Positions 26,659 through 36,872 of a DNA stretch of 54,088 nucleotides are shown here, in pieces. The notes below the pieces were generated by a model that worked only from the letters and a program-made list of their open reading frames with translations, did not search any database and was not told where the DNA came from. Each line of letters opens with the position of its first letter. Position 1 is the first letter of the stretch. A program made the position numbers and the translations under genes. The stretch covers positions 1 to 54,088 of the IMG/VR virus record IMGVR_UViG_3300023199_000101. The stretch is one strand, 5' to 3'. Source of the DNA: a virus. Lineage: Duplodnaviria > Caudoviricetes.

Positions 26659-28949
26659 CAAAAGACAGGATATATCTGGAAGAAGCACCTGCTGGCACGC
26701 CTGCTGAATTTCTCGAAGATGGTGTTTTTGCCCTTGACTTGCAGGACAACTTTTCCTTTCTGGAGACAAGGCAGGTCGAAGAACTGAATGACATCAATCA
26801 GATCAAGGGTTCTGGTGTGCTTGGGTTTTCTATGCCCTACACTACACGAAATAGATTTGCATTTCAGCGCTTCTTTTCGCCTAATATCGAGGACAATGCG
26901 TACGAGCCGATACGAGTGCGGGCAGTATCTGGAACTGGCAAGGTGCTTCCACAAGAGTTGCTTTTCGTCCGAGGCCTGGACGACTCTAGCAAGGAAATCG
27001 AAGTAGAGCTTATTGATGAAAATGTATTCTGGGTGAAAGCGGCCGAGGAGCTCAAGCTAAGTGAAATACCGATGCCTACCAGACCTTTCACGCTCGCTGA
27101 AATATCGAACCGGTGGGGGGACCACCAATACCGCCCGGACGACGACGAAGATGCCCAGGTTGTCAACTACCCGTTATGCCATTACGGGGGCTGGCTGGCT
27201 GACAAGTTAGAAGGCATTAACTCGGTCCTGGTTGAGGATTTTAAGCCGTGGCATTCGATTCCGTGGCTACTCGTCCGGGGGTTTCGTCATTTGGGCTGGA
27301 CCTTTGAAAGCGAATTACTCGAAACGGATTGGTTCTGTCAGCTGTACGCTTATCTGTTAAATAAGGATCTGATTTATCCAGGAAAAGGTCAGGAGTGGCG
27401 CGTGTATGCACTGTGGGGGGTGGATGAGAATGTTCAGCTTATTCCTTCTGCGCCGAACTGGCTAATCGGTGGCATAAGCAATTACTTGGCCCTGCCCTTT
27501 CGAGGGTTGGTAACAGACCCCAAAGGGCAGCACCAGTTAAGAGACCTGGTTTCAGGGGGTGTAGTAGCTGGTCAAATCAGTGATTTTGCGAACTTGACGA
27601 ATGGAACATCTGATTTTTTGATCGAGTTCGTACTTGTAATTGAAAACAATACGGGAGGGGAGATTAAGCTAGATGTAGGAGCGTGGGTTTCTGGTACAGA
27701 GCTTGACGTAGCTCCGGATTTGATTTTTCCGAACGGGGAAACAACTCAGCATTATATTGAATTGAAAGTCAACATGGATTTTGGGCAAGTCTGCAATATC
27801 ATTCTTCAGGGCGCTAGCATCGACGGTGTGCCTGCGAACCAGCCCTACGAATTTACAATTAAGGGCGGCACTCAGGTTACGTTTCGACCGAACGATCCGA
27901 GCCGGTTATACCGTGACGAACAAGTTGACACCGGTGCGATCGTCAATCCCAACTTAACTTTCTTAGACTTTTTCAAGGGCATTGTACACCTTATTGCCGG
28001 CAAGGTTGAAACCGATTTTTCGGAATATACTGTGCGATTGTTTCCCCCGGACCGGACGAAGGTTTCCGGTCAGGTATTAGAGGGCTTCATGCTGCCCTAC
28101 TCTGAGGCAATAGATGTGACGAATGCGATACAACTTGAAAGCCGCAGGGTGAGCTTTGAGGCCGGAGATGCGAGGTATATCGAGTTGAAGTTTTCAAATT
28201 CATCGGATGCTTATATTCGGGATGTTCTGCAGCGAGAAAATGATGATCTATTGTATTCTCGTACTATCGACTTGGGGCCAACGCTGCCGGACCGCAAGAA
28301 AAGACTGGAGAACCCGTTTTTTGAACCGACGGCGAACACGAGCCTAAATAGGGTAATGATGCCTGCGCTGTGGGATAACAGTGATGGGAGTATAAGCCGG
28401 AGCATAAGCCCTCGAATTATACAGTTTCTAGGCATGAGACAGCAGGATGGCGGCGATGGTCAAGCTGCTGTATTGGTTTTTGAAAACTCTTCGATACGAA
28501 ACATACCCTACGCTTTTCAGTTTTTTGAGCGCAAAGCTAGAATTGAATCCCCAATAGGATCTGGTAGTCCCTTTTTTCTACCGGTTGGCGGAGTGCTGTA
28601 TGGGGTGCAAGTTCAAGACTTATACGAAATGTTCTGGCGCTTTCAGGAGTACGAATCGGCATACTCGCCTGTCTATTCCTTCGATTGCTACATGGACCCC
28701 GCGCTGTATGAGCAGCTATCGTTCCGGCGGCGATTATTCATCACTTACGGAGGGGAATCATTCTCGGCAAAGCTAATTGCTATTCGAGACTGGCAGACCG
28801 GAATTAACGATATTTTCACGATCGATGTAAAGCCTGAAGTCCAGCTGTATGCTCGATACCTGAATCAGATCAAAGACCCTATCCCAGAGGGGTACACGCC
28901 GCAGCAGCCTGATCCTGAAGCCGGGCCTTCGGACCCTCAAATTGAATAA
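26655..28949 (+). CDS. Tail hub/baseplate-like structural protein
   Basis: 764 aa, beta-rich; S..FSMPYTTRN motif; second gene after the tape measure gene. Confidence 0.6.
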   Translation: MTKDRIYLEEAPAGTPAEFLEDGVFALDLQDNFSFLETRQVEELNDINQIKGSGVLGFSMPYTTRNRFAFQRFFSPNIEDNAYEPIRVRAVSGTGKVLPQELLFVRGLDDSSKEIEVELIDENVFWVKAAEELKLSEIPMPTRPFTLAEISNRWGDHQYRPDDDEDAQVVNYPLCHYGGWLADKLEGINSVLVEDFKPWHSIPWLLVRGFRHLGWTFESELLETDWFCQLYAYLLNKDLIYPGKGQEWRVYALWGVDENVQLIPSAPNWLIGGISNYLALPFRGLVTDPKGQHQLRDLVSGGVVAGQISDFANLTNGTSDFLIEFVLVIENNTGGEIKLDVGAWVSGTELDVAPDLIFPNGETTQHYIELKVNMDFGQVCNIILQGASIDGVPANQPYEFTIKGGTQVTFRPNDPSRLYRDEQVDTGAIVNPNLTFLDFFKGIVHLIAGKVETDFSEYTVRLFPPDRTKVSGQVLEGFMLPYSEAIDVTNAIQLESRRVSFEAGDARYIELKFSNSSDAYIRDVLQRENDDLLYSRTIDLGPTLPDRKKRLENPFFEPTANTSLNRVMMPALWDNSDGSISRSISPRIIQFLGMRQQDGGDGQAAVLVFENSSIRNIPYAFQFFERKARIESPIGSGSPFFLPVGGVLYGVQVQDLYEMFWRFQEYESAYSPVYSFDCYMDPALYEQLSFRRRLFITYGGESFSAKLIAIRDWQTGINDIFTIDVKPEVQLYARYLNQIKDPIPEGYTPQQPDPEAGPSDPQIE

Positions 28950-29157
28950 TATGTGGAGATTTGACCACCTGAACGAAGAGCAGCGCGAAGAGACGCGCCG
29001 CCTGTATAGTGAAAAGAACTGGCCGGTTTTGCAGGAGAGATTCCGGGAATGGGGGGTTATGCCATCGACCCTGTGCGATGCTTGCAAGGCCTGGAAGCTA
29101 TGCAAAACATGGGCCCGATGGGCTATCGAGGTGCAATGGAAAGGAAGACAACAATGA
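28942..29157 (+). CDS. Small hypothetical protein (CxxC)
   Basis: Overlaps both flanking genes. Confidence 0.5.
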   Translation: MNNMWRFDHLNEEQREETRRLYSEKNWPVLQERFREWGVMPSTLCDACKAWKLCKTWARWAIEVQWKGRQQ

Positions 29158-29432
29158 CAGTAACAAAAGTGCATCCCAAGCGGAAGAAAATGATTGTCGA
29201 GTGCGCTAAGTATTTCGGCCTGGAATCAGTGGGAGAATACGATCAGCTGAGTTCTGGTACAAAGGATCTTTTTTCTCATTTTGGCTACAAAACTATTGTT
29301 AGACCCCTGGTGGAACGCGATCGCGGGCGGGGGCTTTCCTGGAGTCAACTGTCAATCAAGTACGGAATAACCGTGGACGAGGCCAGGTGGATGATTTGCT
29401 GCAGGCCTACCTATGAACTTGAACAAGAATAG
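29154..29432 (+). CDS. Small HTH-like protein (Mor-like C-terminus)
   Basis: GLSWSQLSIKYGITVDEARW. Confidence 0.55.
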   Translation: MTVTKVHPKRKKMIVECAKYFGLESVGEYDQLSSGTKDLFSHFGYKTIVRPLVERDRGRGLSWSQLSIKYGITVDEARWMICCRPTYELEQE

Positions 29433-29552
29433 TAATTTGCATAATTTTAGAGCGCATAACTATTCGTGGGATTCAATTAGGCTCGTTCTGTTATTCAGGG
29501 CGGGCCTTTTTGAATATTTTTTGTATTTTTGCGAGTAAATAGAATAAAATAA

Positions 29553-29906
29553 ATGAAGAAAAACCAAGAAAGGGGGCTGCTGCTCACAGTATCCGATAAA
29601 GAGGCGAGAGAAGCGTTTGAGTGGCTGCGTGAATATCATTGGATTGTTGTGAACGCTGCAATCTGCCGAATTATCACGGAGGTAGTGCATACCGGAACGA
29701 TTGAAGTGAGCCTTAACCCAAGCAAGGAAGCTTGGCAGGCGTTCGTAGATGGCCTTCCGCAAGGCGATAAGCAGGTTCACCCGTCGGCCATTACGCAGGC
29801 GCTGAAGAGAAACGGACATACTTCTTTCAAGTATGCCAAGGGAGTAGCCCTGGCGAGACGAATCATTGTATATGGGGATCCTTTTACGATCCCTAAGCAG
29901 GCATAA
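29553..29906 (+). CDS. Hypothetical protein, possible DNA-binding
   Basis: TATTTTTG promoter at 29524; terminator at 29936-29971. Confidence 0.6.
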   Translation: MKKNQERGLLLTVSDKEAREAFEWLREYHWIVVNAAICRIITEVVHTGTIEVSLNPSKEAWQAFVDGLPQGDKQVHPSAITQALKRNGHTSFKYAKGVALARRIIVYGDPFTIPKQA

Positions 29907-30065
29907 TAGTCACAAGGTGTTTTAGGACTGTTTTAAATCCTGGGCAGCAAATCTGCTTGGGATTTTTTTTTGCTGCTGTTATTCAGGATATTCATTTTTT
30001 AGGGTTGAAAACTTGTATTTTTGGAATGAAATGAATATTTTTACATCGCAATCAACAACAACGCC

Positions 30066-30455
30066 ATGCACGAAAAAATCTGGATCAGCACTTACGAAGC
30101 GATCGAATTTCTCTTGTACACCTGCTCGCAGATTGGCGTGGAGCTTAAAGAAGGGGGGAGCCCTGATGTTTCCCTTGCCGCTATGTGGAGATATATAACG
30201 CAAAAAGCTCCGCGAGCAAAGAAAATTCAACTGGAGCGAATCGTAGTGTGGGGAATACACTGCGGTTTAAACAGCGGGAAAGAAGTAACGGAAGGCACGT
30301 TAAGGATACGAGTGCCTTGGTTCGTGGATCACCTGAGAACAGATGCTACGGATCGCGAAAAACACTTTCATCAGGTGAAGAAGGATTTTTTGAAATCTAA
30401 ACACAGTGAAATGGATGATCTCTTAACACAAATTCTTGGATATGAACCGAAATAG
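30066..30455 (+). CDS. Hypothetical protein
   Basis: TATTTTTG promoter at ~30016; AACAACAACGCC-ATG leader. Confidence 0.65.
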   Translation: MHEKIWISTYEAIEFLLYTCSQIGVELKEGGSPDVSLAAMWRYITQKAPRAKKIQLERIVVWGIHCGLNSGKEVTEGTLRIRVPWFVDHLRTDATDREKHFHQVKKDFLKSKHSEMDDLLTQILGYEPK

Positions 30456-30642
30456 AGCAAACGCGGCAATCATATTTATGAAAGCCGCTACTGAACTGGT
30501 TCGCGCCGGAATGATCCGGCGGGAGGACCGCACCAGCGCCCAAGACGCTGCATTCAACTCTTGGGTGCGAAGGAACGGGTTTGACCCGAAAACACCCGCG
30601 AGAGTGCCGACCCTGGAGGAGGCCCGGCGCTGTTTTTCTTAA
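30442..30642 (+). CDS. Hypothetical protein
   Basis: Overlaps the previous gene; followed by hairpin CCGGGGGC-AAA-GCCCCCGG. Confidence 0.6.
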   Translation: MNRNRANAAIIFMKAATELVRAGMIRREDRTSAQDAAFNSWVRRNGFDPKTPARVPTLEEARRCFS

Positions 30643-30722
30643 CTCATTCCGGGGGCAAAGCCCCCGGTAAAACCCTTTGTCATGATTATTATCACTGAAG
30701 ATGTAATAATTCAATTCAAACC

Positions 30723-31022
30723 ATGAAATTAAAAACAACCACAACTATTAAGTTAGTCGATCAGGCAGGATTCTATGTTTTCTGCTTATACAAGCATCAT
30801 CTGCGCCGCAACGGGTCTAAGGATAGATACTTCGCCGGTGCGGCTGATGCTGAAAAAGGAATCCTGTATCAATTTCACATGCAGGACTCGGAGCAGCTGT
30901 TCTCTGAGTTAGAGAGGCTTGCCGAAAAACTCGTAAAGGAACAGCCCGACGGGCTTACGATGCCTGTTGCAAAACAGTATGCCGCGAATCTGCTTTCTAA
31001 GTACCTAGACGACGAAAAATAA
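30723..31022 (+). CDS. Hypothetical protein
   Basis: A-rich leader; clean ORF. Confidence 0.6.
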   Translation: MKLKTTTTIKLVDQAGFYVFCLYKHHLRRNGSKDRYFAGAADAEKGILYQFHMQDSEQLFSELERLAEKLVKEQPDGLTMPVAKQYAANLLSKYLDDEK

Positions 31023-31294
31023 CCTGTTTTCTTTCAACTTGATGCCCTAGGGCAGCCTTTCAACGATGACAAATGAAAGCCACAGTACAAAGCCAAGTGG
31101 GCGAGTAAAAATCAATCCTTCATCGGATCCCGTCAGGAGAATTGTTGGATACTTAATCTTTGGAAGCGGGAGTTTGAGGAAGTCCGCCCGGCCGTAAATC
31201 CTGATCAAGCCGCCCGGATCCTGACCAGGGCCAAAAAGTTCTTTTACGACCGTACTATCGAGCCGCTATGTGTCGGCTACGACGACAAAAGGGG

Positions 31295-31779
31295 CCAGAA
31301 AAAAAACTTGACATTTTCTGAAAAATAATTGTGCAAAACTTGACAATGTGTAAAGATTGGCTTATATTTGTATCATCAGTTAATCAAAAAAAAACACAAT
31401 GAAAAATTGGAATGAATTTCTAGCGGCTTGTAAGATTGCGTGGCAAACAGAAGGGCGCCAAGAACCGGAAATAGGTAGATATTTGCGGAGGTGCGAAAAA
31501 ACCACATCGATTGGGGTTAATCCAGGTAGCCGCTAGTGCGTACAAATTGTACAAACAAGAAAACGCATGCACAAAGAACAGCTAAAAAAGGAAATCGAAG
31601 CCCGCTTCCAATCGAGGCGGGCTTTTGTTTTTTCGTTCAACGAGAAAGCAGGATTTGCGGCACTGGACGAAACAACCCTGAGCCGCCAAGTTTCGGGGCG
31701 TGTCGGATTGTCAGCCGCTTGGCAGTGTGCTTATCTGTTTTTCTTTTCATCTTATAGCACCTAACGGCTCTGTATGTGA
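31295..31779 (+). mobile_element. Duplicated AT-rich mini-element: promoter + 45-aa ORF (31399-31536) + HTH ORF
   Basis: Left part matches 53969-54088 and right part matches 1-114; TATATTTG -7 box at 31363; ends ACCTAACGGCTCTGTATGTGA. Confidence 0.75.
31567..31764 (+). CDS. Small Cro/XRE-like HTH protein
   Basis: SRRAFV....LDETTLSRQVSGRVGLS pattern. Confidence 0.6.
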   Translation: MHKEQLKKEIEARFQSRRAFVFSFNEKAGFAALDETTLSRQVSGRVGLSAAWQCAYLFFFSSYST

Positions 31780-32096
31780 GTGGCTTATTCTGGACCTTCC
31801 GGAGAAGCCTACGCGCCACAAAACGGGCTACGGCAGCTACTGGCATCGGGCAATCCGTTTTGATCCAGAGGAACTGGATTTCAAAATCCCGGAGTGCCTG
31901 GATCCTGCCCGCGACCAAGAACGCTTTGCTTGGAAGCAATGGCGAGACGGCAGCAGGCTGAGAGGCTGGATGAAGCTAAATTACGTAAACCAGATTAAGC
32001 CCGATTGCTGGCTGGCCTGGGGGGTATGGGATGAGCGCATGAGCGTTCTAAACTTAACTTAAAAGTTAATACCCCCCCCCTTCTCGCCTTGATCTA

Positions 32097-32133
32097 AAAA
32101 GCCCCGGTGCATTTGCGACGGGGCTTTTTTCTT
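32097..32133 (+). terminator. Intrinsic terminator
   Basis: AAAAGCCCCG...CGGGGCTTTTTT. Confidence 0.7.
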
Positions 32134-32225
32134 TGGTGCTGAACGCCAGCACTTGCGTCAAATTCCTTTTTCTGCCAGCATATATTCAGTTTATTCGCAT
32201 TGACGAATAAAACGAATTATTCTGC

Positions 32226-33359
32226 ATGGCATCGAGTACTCTTCAAATTAAGCCTATCCGTAACGTAGGCTGGGGCTACAATGACGAGGATCTCCTGGAG
32301 CAGCTAAATGGCTTCCGGGGACGCCGCATTGTCGTTCCTATCAATTCCTTTGGAGGCTCAGTGATGGAGGGTACGGCCATTTACAATATTCTACTGGGAA
32401 GAACTGAGGACGTGGAAGCCCGAATTATTGGCTATGCCATGAGCATGGGCAGCGCGATTTCCCAGGCGGCCGACACAGTGCGGATGCCGGAGAATGGATA
32501 CTTCATGATCCATAACCCGTGGACGGTTGCCATCGGCGACAGCCGGGATATGGACCAGGCCGGGCAGTTGCTGGAAATGATGGCCGGCGACCTGGCTAAG
32601 ATGTACGTCCGCAAGACGAACCTCCCCTTGGATGACGTGCGGGATATGATGAACGAGGAAACCTGGCTGAATGGCGAACGGGCTTTAGCACTAGGATTTA
32701 TCGACGAACTGACCGAAGGCGTGAAGCTGGAAGCCAGTTTTACGAAGGACCAGTATGACAAGCTCAAGAACATTCCCGACGCGCTGGTTCGGCCTTCAAA
32801 AATCTATGTAATGAGCTTGAAAGATAGCCTTATCGAGGCGATCAACGGCGTGTTCAACAGCGCTCGTGATAAAACTGAAACGGCCGATGACAATACCGAA
32901 GTGGTGGAAACGCAGGAAGGCGATACTGGACTGGAAACTGACCAGCCGCTCGAGGATGAAGTGCAGGAAACCATCGAGGAAACGGAAGCGGACGAATCGG
33001 AAAACGCCTGGGAAGAAGGCGAGCAAATAGAGGAAGAAGCGGAAGCAAGCCAGGGAAACGAAAGCGATCTGGTTGCTGGTGTTCGCAGTGCCGTTGCGGA
33101 AGGCCTGGTTGACCTGCAAAAGCACATTGATCAGCGCCTTACTGCTCAGATGCTGAAAATGAACGACTTGGAGGACACATGCGCTGCCCTGCAGAATCGT
33201 GTCGATACCCTGGCTGAAAAAAATGCCGGATCCAAAGGACTGAAAGGAGACGGCACTACCGGGAAGACCCCGCGAATGAGCGAGACGGAAGCTGCATTCG
33301 CTAAAAAGTACCATGCCACCCGGCCCGGTAACGAAACGAAAGTGAAAGCGAAAGGCTGA
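32226..33359 (+). CDS. ClpP-like prohead protease with acidic scaffold extension
   Basis: INSFGGSVMEG.AIYN, AMSMGS, FMIHNPW, MMNEETWL..E.AL..GFIDE motifs. Confidence 0.92.
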   Translation: MASSTLQIKPIRNVGWGYNDEDLLEQLNGFRGRRIVVPINSFGGSVMEGTAIYNILLGRTEDVEARIIGYAMSMGSAISQAADTVRMPENGYFMIHNPWTVAIGDSRDMDQAGQLLEMMAGDLAKMYVRKTNLPLDDVRDMMNEETWLNGERALALGFIDELTEGVKLEASFTKDQYDKLKNIPDALVRPSKIYVMSLKDSLIEAINGVFNSARDKTETADDNTEVVETQEGDTGLETDQPLEDEVQETIEETEADESENAWEEGEQIEEEAEASQGNESDLVAGVRSAVAEGLVDLQKHIDQRLTAQMLKMNDLEDTCAALQNRVDTLAEKNAGSKGLKGDGTTGKTPRMSETEAAFAKKYHATRPGNETKVKAKG

Positions 33360-33421
33360 ATACAGCCGAATGAGGATGAATGACAGGGCCACCCAAGCCC
33401 GCCAAAAAACCAAATGAAACA

Positions 33422-34633
33422 ATGATTCTTACAATAGCTCCGAATTTTGATCCGGCCCGCAGCCGGTTCTATTTCACCTCCCAAGAGTTGAACGAACTGC
33501 AGCGTGCTGAGTATGCGGACACATTCGGGTTCTGGCAGTCGAATTACAATCTGTATTCGTACATGCGAATGAACCAGTTTCGCAAGTACATTCTTCACGT
33601 TCCGAAGGCTCACCCTTTTGCGTGGCAGCCGTACAAGTCCTGTTCTGTATCTGAGACGGGAAGTTTGACGATGGGCCAGCGTGAACTGGAACCTGAGCGT
33701 ATCGCCATGCACGAGAAGTTCTGCCACGATGAGCTTTTCGATTCGGCTTACGAGCAGATGATCCAGTATAGCGAGGGCGGCAACGTCGAACTCAACGGCG
33801 AGGGCGTTACCATGTTCAACGCCTTGGTGGACGAGATCCTGGCTAACGCAGCCCTGGGCTTCCGTCTTACCGGCGCGGTAGGCGGCCTGTACGACCTTTC
33901 TTCTGTGGCCTTTGATGCCGACACCCCGGCGACGCTGCGCGACCTGTTTACGAGGACGCATGACAGTTTCCAGGGCTGGGTGAAACTGGCCTTTGATTTG
34001 GCAAGCACAGGCGAAGCCCCCTGGCTGAATACGCCGACCTTCGACGATACGCAGTTTGATTCGACGAACACCTACACCGGTAACGTGGTGGATTTGTTCG
34101 AGGATCTGAAAGCGAACGCGCCCCGCCCGCTTCGCCAGCTGATCAATCGCGGCGGGATGCTGAGCCGGAACGGCCAGAACTTCATGCCGTTAATCGTCGT
34201 ATCGGATGCGTTCTATAACGCTGTTGTCCGGTACTACAACGATGAAAGCGAGAAGGTTGCTACGAACCGGATGCGGATCGTGAAGCAGGTCGTTGACAAC
34301 CCGAATCCGGGAACGCCGCGCTTTGTGTACTGGCTGGATGACCAGTTGCCGATCATTCCGCTCAGCGACCTGAATGGCTTTGATCTGTACTTGGCTGGCG
34401 ACACCCACTTTGCCGGAATCGTTGCTAGCGGAAACATCCAAATCGGTGCGAGTTTCGCACAACTTCCGCAGGACATTGAGAACCGCGATATCGGTGTACT
34501 GATTGCCCGTAACGATGACCCGACCCGGAGTGACTATGGCAAGTATTCGGTTCGCTCCTTCGGCCTGGCCAAGACGGCTATTGCTGACGTGGACTACATG
34601 GTAAGCTCGATCCGCTACACGGAACCCGCGTAA
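33422..34633 (+). CDS. Major capsid protein
   Basis: ~400 aa directly after the protease; followed by a strong hairpin at 34651-34676. Confidence 0.75.
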   Translation: MILTIAPNFDPARSRFYFTSQELNELQRAEYADTFGFWQSNYNLYSYMRMNQFRKYILHVPKAHPFAWQPYKSCSVSETGSLTMGQRELEPERIAMHEKFCHDELFDSAYEQMIQYSEGGNVELNGEGVTMFNALVDEILANAALGFRLTGAVGGLYDLSSVAFDADTPATLRDLFTRTHDSFQGWVKLAFDLASTGEAPWLNTPTFDDTQFDSTNTYTGNVVDLFEDLKANAPRPLRQLINRGGMLSRNGQNFMPLIVVSDAFYNAVVRYYNDESEKVATNRMRIVKQVVDNPNPGTPRFVYWLDDQLPIIPLSDLNGFDLYLAGDTHFAGIVASGNIQIGASFAQLPQDIENRDIGVLIARNDDPTRSDYGKYSVRSFGLAKTAIADVDYMVSSIRYTEPA

Positions 34634-34700
34634 CATATTTAAAACTACGAGGCAGCCGGGTGCTAGCCCGGCTGCCCTACACATAAAAACCAAATAAGCT

Positions 34701-35285
34701 ATGCCTACTTTTTCCTGTCAGATGACCAATATCGTAAACAGCGAGCTTTGTACCGATCAAGCTGGCCTGGTCACTGTATTCGTTACCGACGCAAGCAATA
34801 TCGACTGGGAAGCGATGGCGCTGGCTACGAACTACACTGATGCGATCTATACGATCGATCAGTGGGTTATGGAGGCTGGTGGACTGTGGGGCGAACTCAC
34901 CTTCAATGCTGAGCAGGGCCGACTGGATGCGCTGTACACAGTTGAGAATGGGTACTACGAAATCAACCTGCAGAACCTGATTTTCGCAGGCCGTCAGGCT
35001 GCCAAGTCGATTGCCCTGGATAACCTGATTGCCTGCTGCGGCCTGGTTGCTCAGATTCACTCGAACGATGGCAAGGCTAGAATGGTCGGCCGAGAATTTG
35101 TATCCGGAGCTTGGGTGCCGAGCCTCCGTCAAATCCGTGTTTCGCGTAACCTGGACACCACCGGAGCCTTCGGCGACGAAGAAGACAAAGGGCGCAACGA
35201 AGTCGATATGGCTGGTCGTCACCGCTACGCCCCGGCGTACTCTGATGTGACGATTGCTGAAATGCGCACAATGCTCGTAACCTGA
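34701..35285 (+). CDS. Major tail (tube) protein, putative
   Basis: C...AGL..VFV N-terminus, TTGAFGD...N C-terminus; size and position. Confidence 0.6.
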   Translation: MPTFSCQMTNIVNSELCTDQAGLVTVFVTDASNIDWEAMALATNYTDAIYTIDQWVMEAGGLWGELTFNAEQGRLDALYTVENGYYEINLQNLIFAGRQAAKSIALDNLIACCGLVAQIHSNDGKARMVGREFVSGAWVPSLRQIRVSRNLDTTGAFGDEEDKGRNEVDMAGRHRYAPAYSDVTIAEMRTMLVT

Positions 35286-35593
35286 TGAGCAAGCGGAAGC
35301 GCATATACCGACCGAACCAGAAAGCGCTGGATAAACCCCGGTATCTGATCCTGAACGGAAAGCTGGTAGGCATTGGAGGCGAGATAACTCTTCCTGCCGT
35401 GCCGCCTGCTGTTCCGAAAATGATCCCGGAGGCAACCCAGCAGGAATACAACGAACTGGGTGAAAAAGGAACAGTAGCCCACCTGCTTACTGAGCAGGGC
35501 GAAACTGAAAACGAGGACGACAAACCTAAGCGGGATGCTGAGACTGAAAAACCCTTTACCGGCATTTTTAACCGACGAAGCAAGCCTTCTTAA
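35285..35593 (+). CDS. Hypothetical structural-operon protein
   Basis: TGATG coupling to the previous gene. Confidence 0.6.
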   Translation: MSKRKRIYRPNQKALDKPRYLILNGKLVGIGGEITLPAVPPAVPKMIPEATQQEYNELGEKGTVAHLLTEQGETENEDDKPKRDAETEKPFTGIFNRRSKPS

Positions 35594-36872
35594 TTTCTAC
35601 CGGGAACACAATCTAGTTCCCTATGCCGGCACAACAACTGGTTCCGCTCATTCTTTCCTGCGACTGCTCTTTGACCTGTTTGATCTTTCACCTTCGCATG
35701 GATCTTGCATAAGCGACAAAGCCAAATGGGCCTTCGATGGCGATATTGATTTTGTCGAATCCTGGGTTGCCGGATTGAAGCGGCCGGAGGAACAGGCGGA
35801 AATACCGGACGACACAAAGATCATGGTCGCCGAATCGCTGGCTAAATCGGGGTTAAGTCTTCCGCAACTTGGCGCGCTGACGGCTGACCTACACCGGAAT
35901 TACGAGGTATGCGGTGATGCGTACCTGCGATACCGGGAAATTGAAATAGCCGGCGCAAAGAAGGTAAGCCTGGAGTCTCTACACCCGATGAAGGCGATGT
36001 ACCTGAAAACGATGCGCGATGAACCCCGCACCCTGGTTATCAGCCCCGACTTTTTTCTGGGATCCTGGAAGACTGGAAACGAGGTAGAGCTTGTTCGCGT
36101 ATTCCCAAATTACAGCGAGGGCGATGAATACCGGGAGACTGTGTTTCACGTTCGCAATAAGCGAGACTATGGCGACTGGTACGGGAAGCCACCGACCTTG
36201 CAAGTGCTTAACTGGATGTTTTCCGAATGGCAAACGGCTAATCTGAATGCCAAAATTTCGGGTTCGGAAGTGGGTGCGAAAGCGATAATTACGATGGAAG
36301 CTGAGGATCCCAGCATCCGCCTGAATGATGAGCAGGACGACCTTCGAAAAGTGGCTGCCGATCTGCGAATGCTGACTACGAACCGAGGACAGAACCACGA
36401 AATGGAAAGCATGGTCGTTCTGGAGTACCCGCACGGAGGCAAGCAGCCGGAACTGCTGGACCTGGAAATCAACCGAGACTATCGGTATTTCGAGACGACG
36501 GTACGGGTAGCATCGGATTATATATTCAATGCTCACGGCTGGAGCAAAATACTAAGCGGGTTTTCCAATCCGTCCGGGGGCATCGGATCTAACATTCTGA
36601 TCGACGAGTTCAAAGTAAAAAACACCGGCGTTATCAAGCCCCTTCAAGAAAAGTTTGCGGCCTTCTGGAAGCCTGTGCTAAACGAGATAGCAGAGTTCAT
36701 AGACCTGCCGGAATTGGCCGGCATGGGCATACGGTTTGAGGACCGGATAAGTTCAATGATTGAAAGTTTCAATAATGCAGAAAACGCTGATCCAGGAGAA
36801 GGAAGTGATCCTGCACTCCCGGCTGAACCGGGAAATAGCACCTTTCAATATCAACGATATACCACAAGTTGA
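35535..36872 (+). CDS. Portal protein
   Basis: SPSHGSCISDK, D....GDAYL, YGKP, F....IKPLQ portal-type motifs; 445 aa. Confidence 0.8.
   Translation: MLRLKNPLPAFLTDEASLLNFYREHNLVPYAGTTTGSAHSFLRLLFDLFDLSPSHGSCISDKAKWAFDGDIDFVESWVAGLKRPEEQAEIPDDTKIMVAESLAKSGLSLPQLGALTADLHRNYEVCGDAYLRYREIEIAGAKKVSLESLHPMKAMYLKTMRDEPRTLVISPDFFLGSWKTGNEVELVRVFPNYSEGDEYRETVFHVRNKRDYGDWYGKPPTLQVLNWMFSEWQTANLNAKISGSEVGAKAIITMEAEDPSIRLNDEQDDLRKVAADLRMLTTNRGQNHEMESMVVLEYPHGGKQPELLDLEINRDYRYFETTVRVASDYIFNAHGWSKILSGFSNPSGGIGSNILIDEFKVKNTGVIKPLQEKFAAFWKPVLNEIAEFIDLPELAGMGIRFEDRISSMIESFNNAENADPGEGSDPALPAEPGNSTFQYQRYTTS

Larger units (their letters stand above)
31073..32062 (+). pseudogene. Gene interrupted by the 485-bp mini-element
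   Basis: Removing 31295-31779 joins ...CVGYDDKRG to WLILDLPEK... in frame; there is an additional 1-nt shift right after the ATG. Confidence 0.6.

Noticed and set aside
31295-31779. Classical IS or MITE
   Set aside because: No transposase, terminal inverted repeats or clear target-site duplication.
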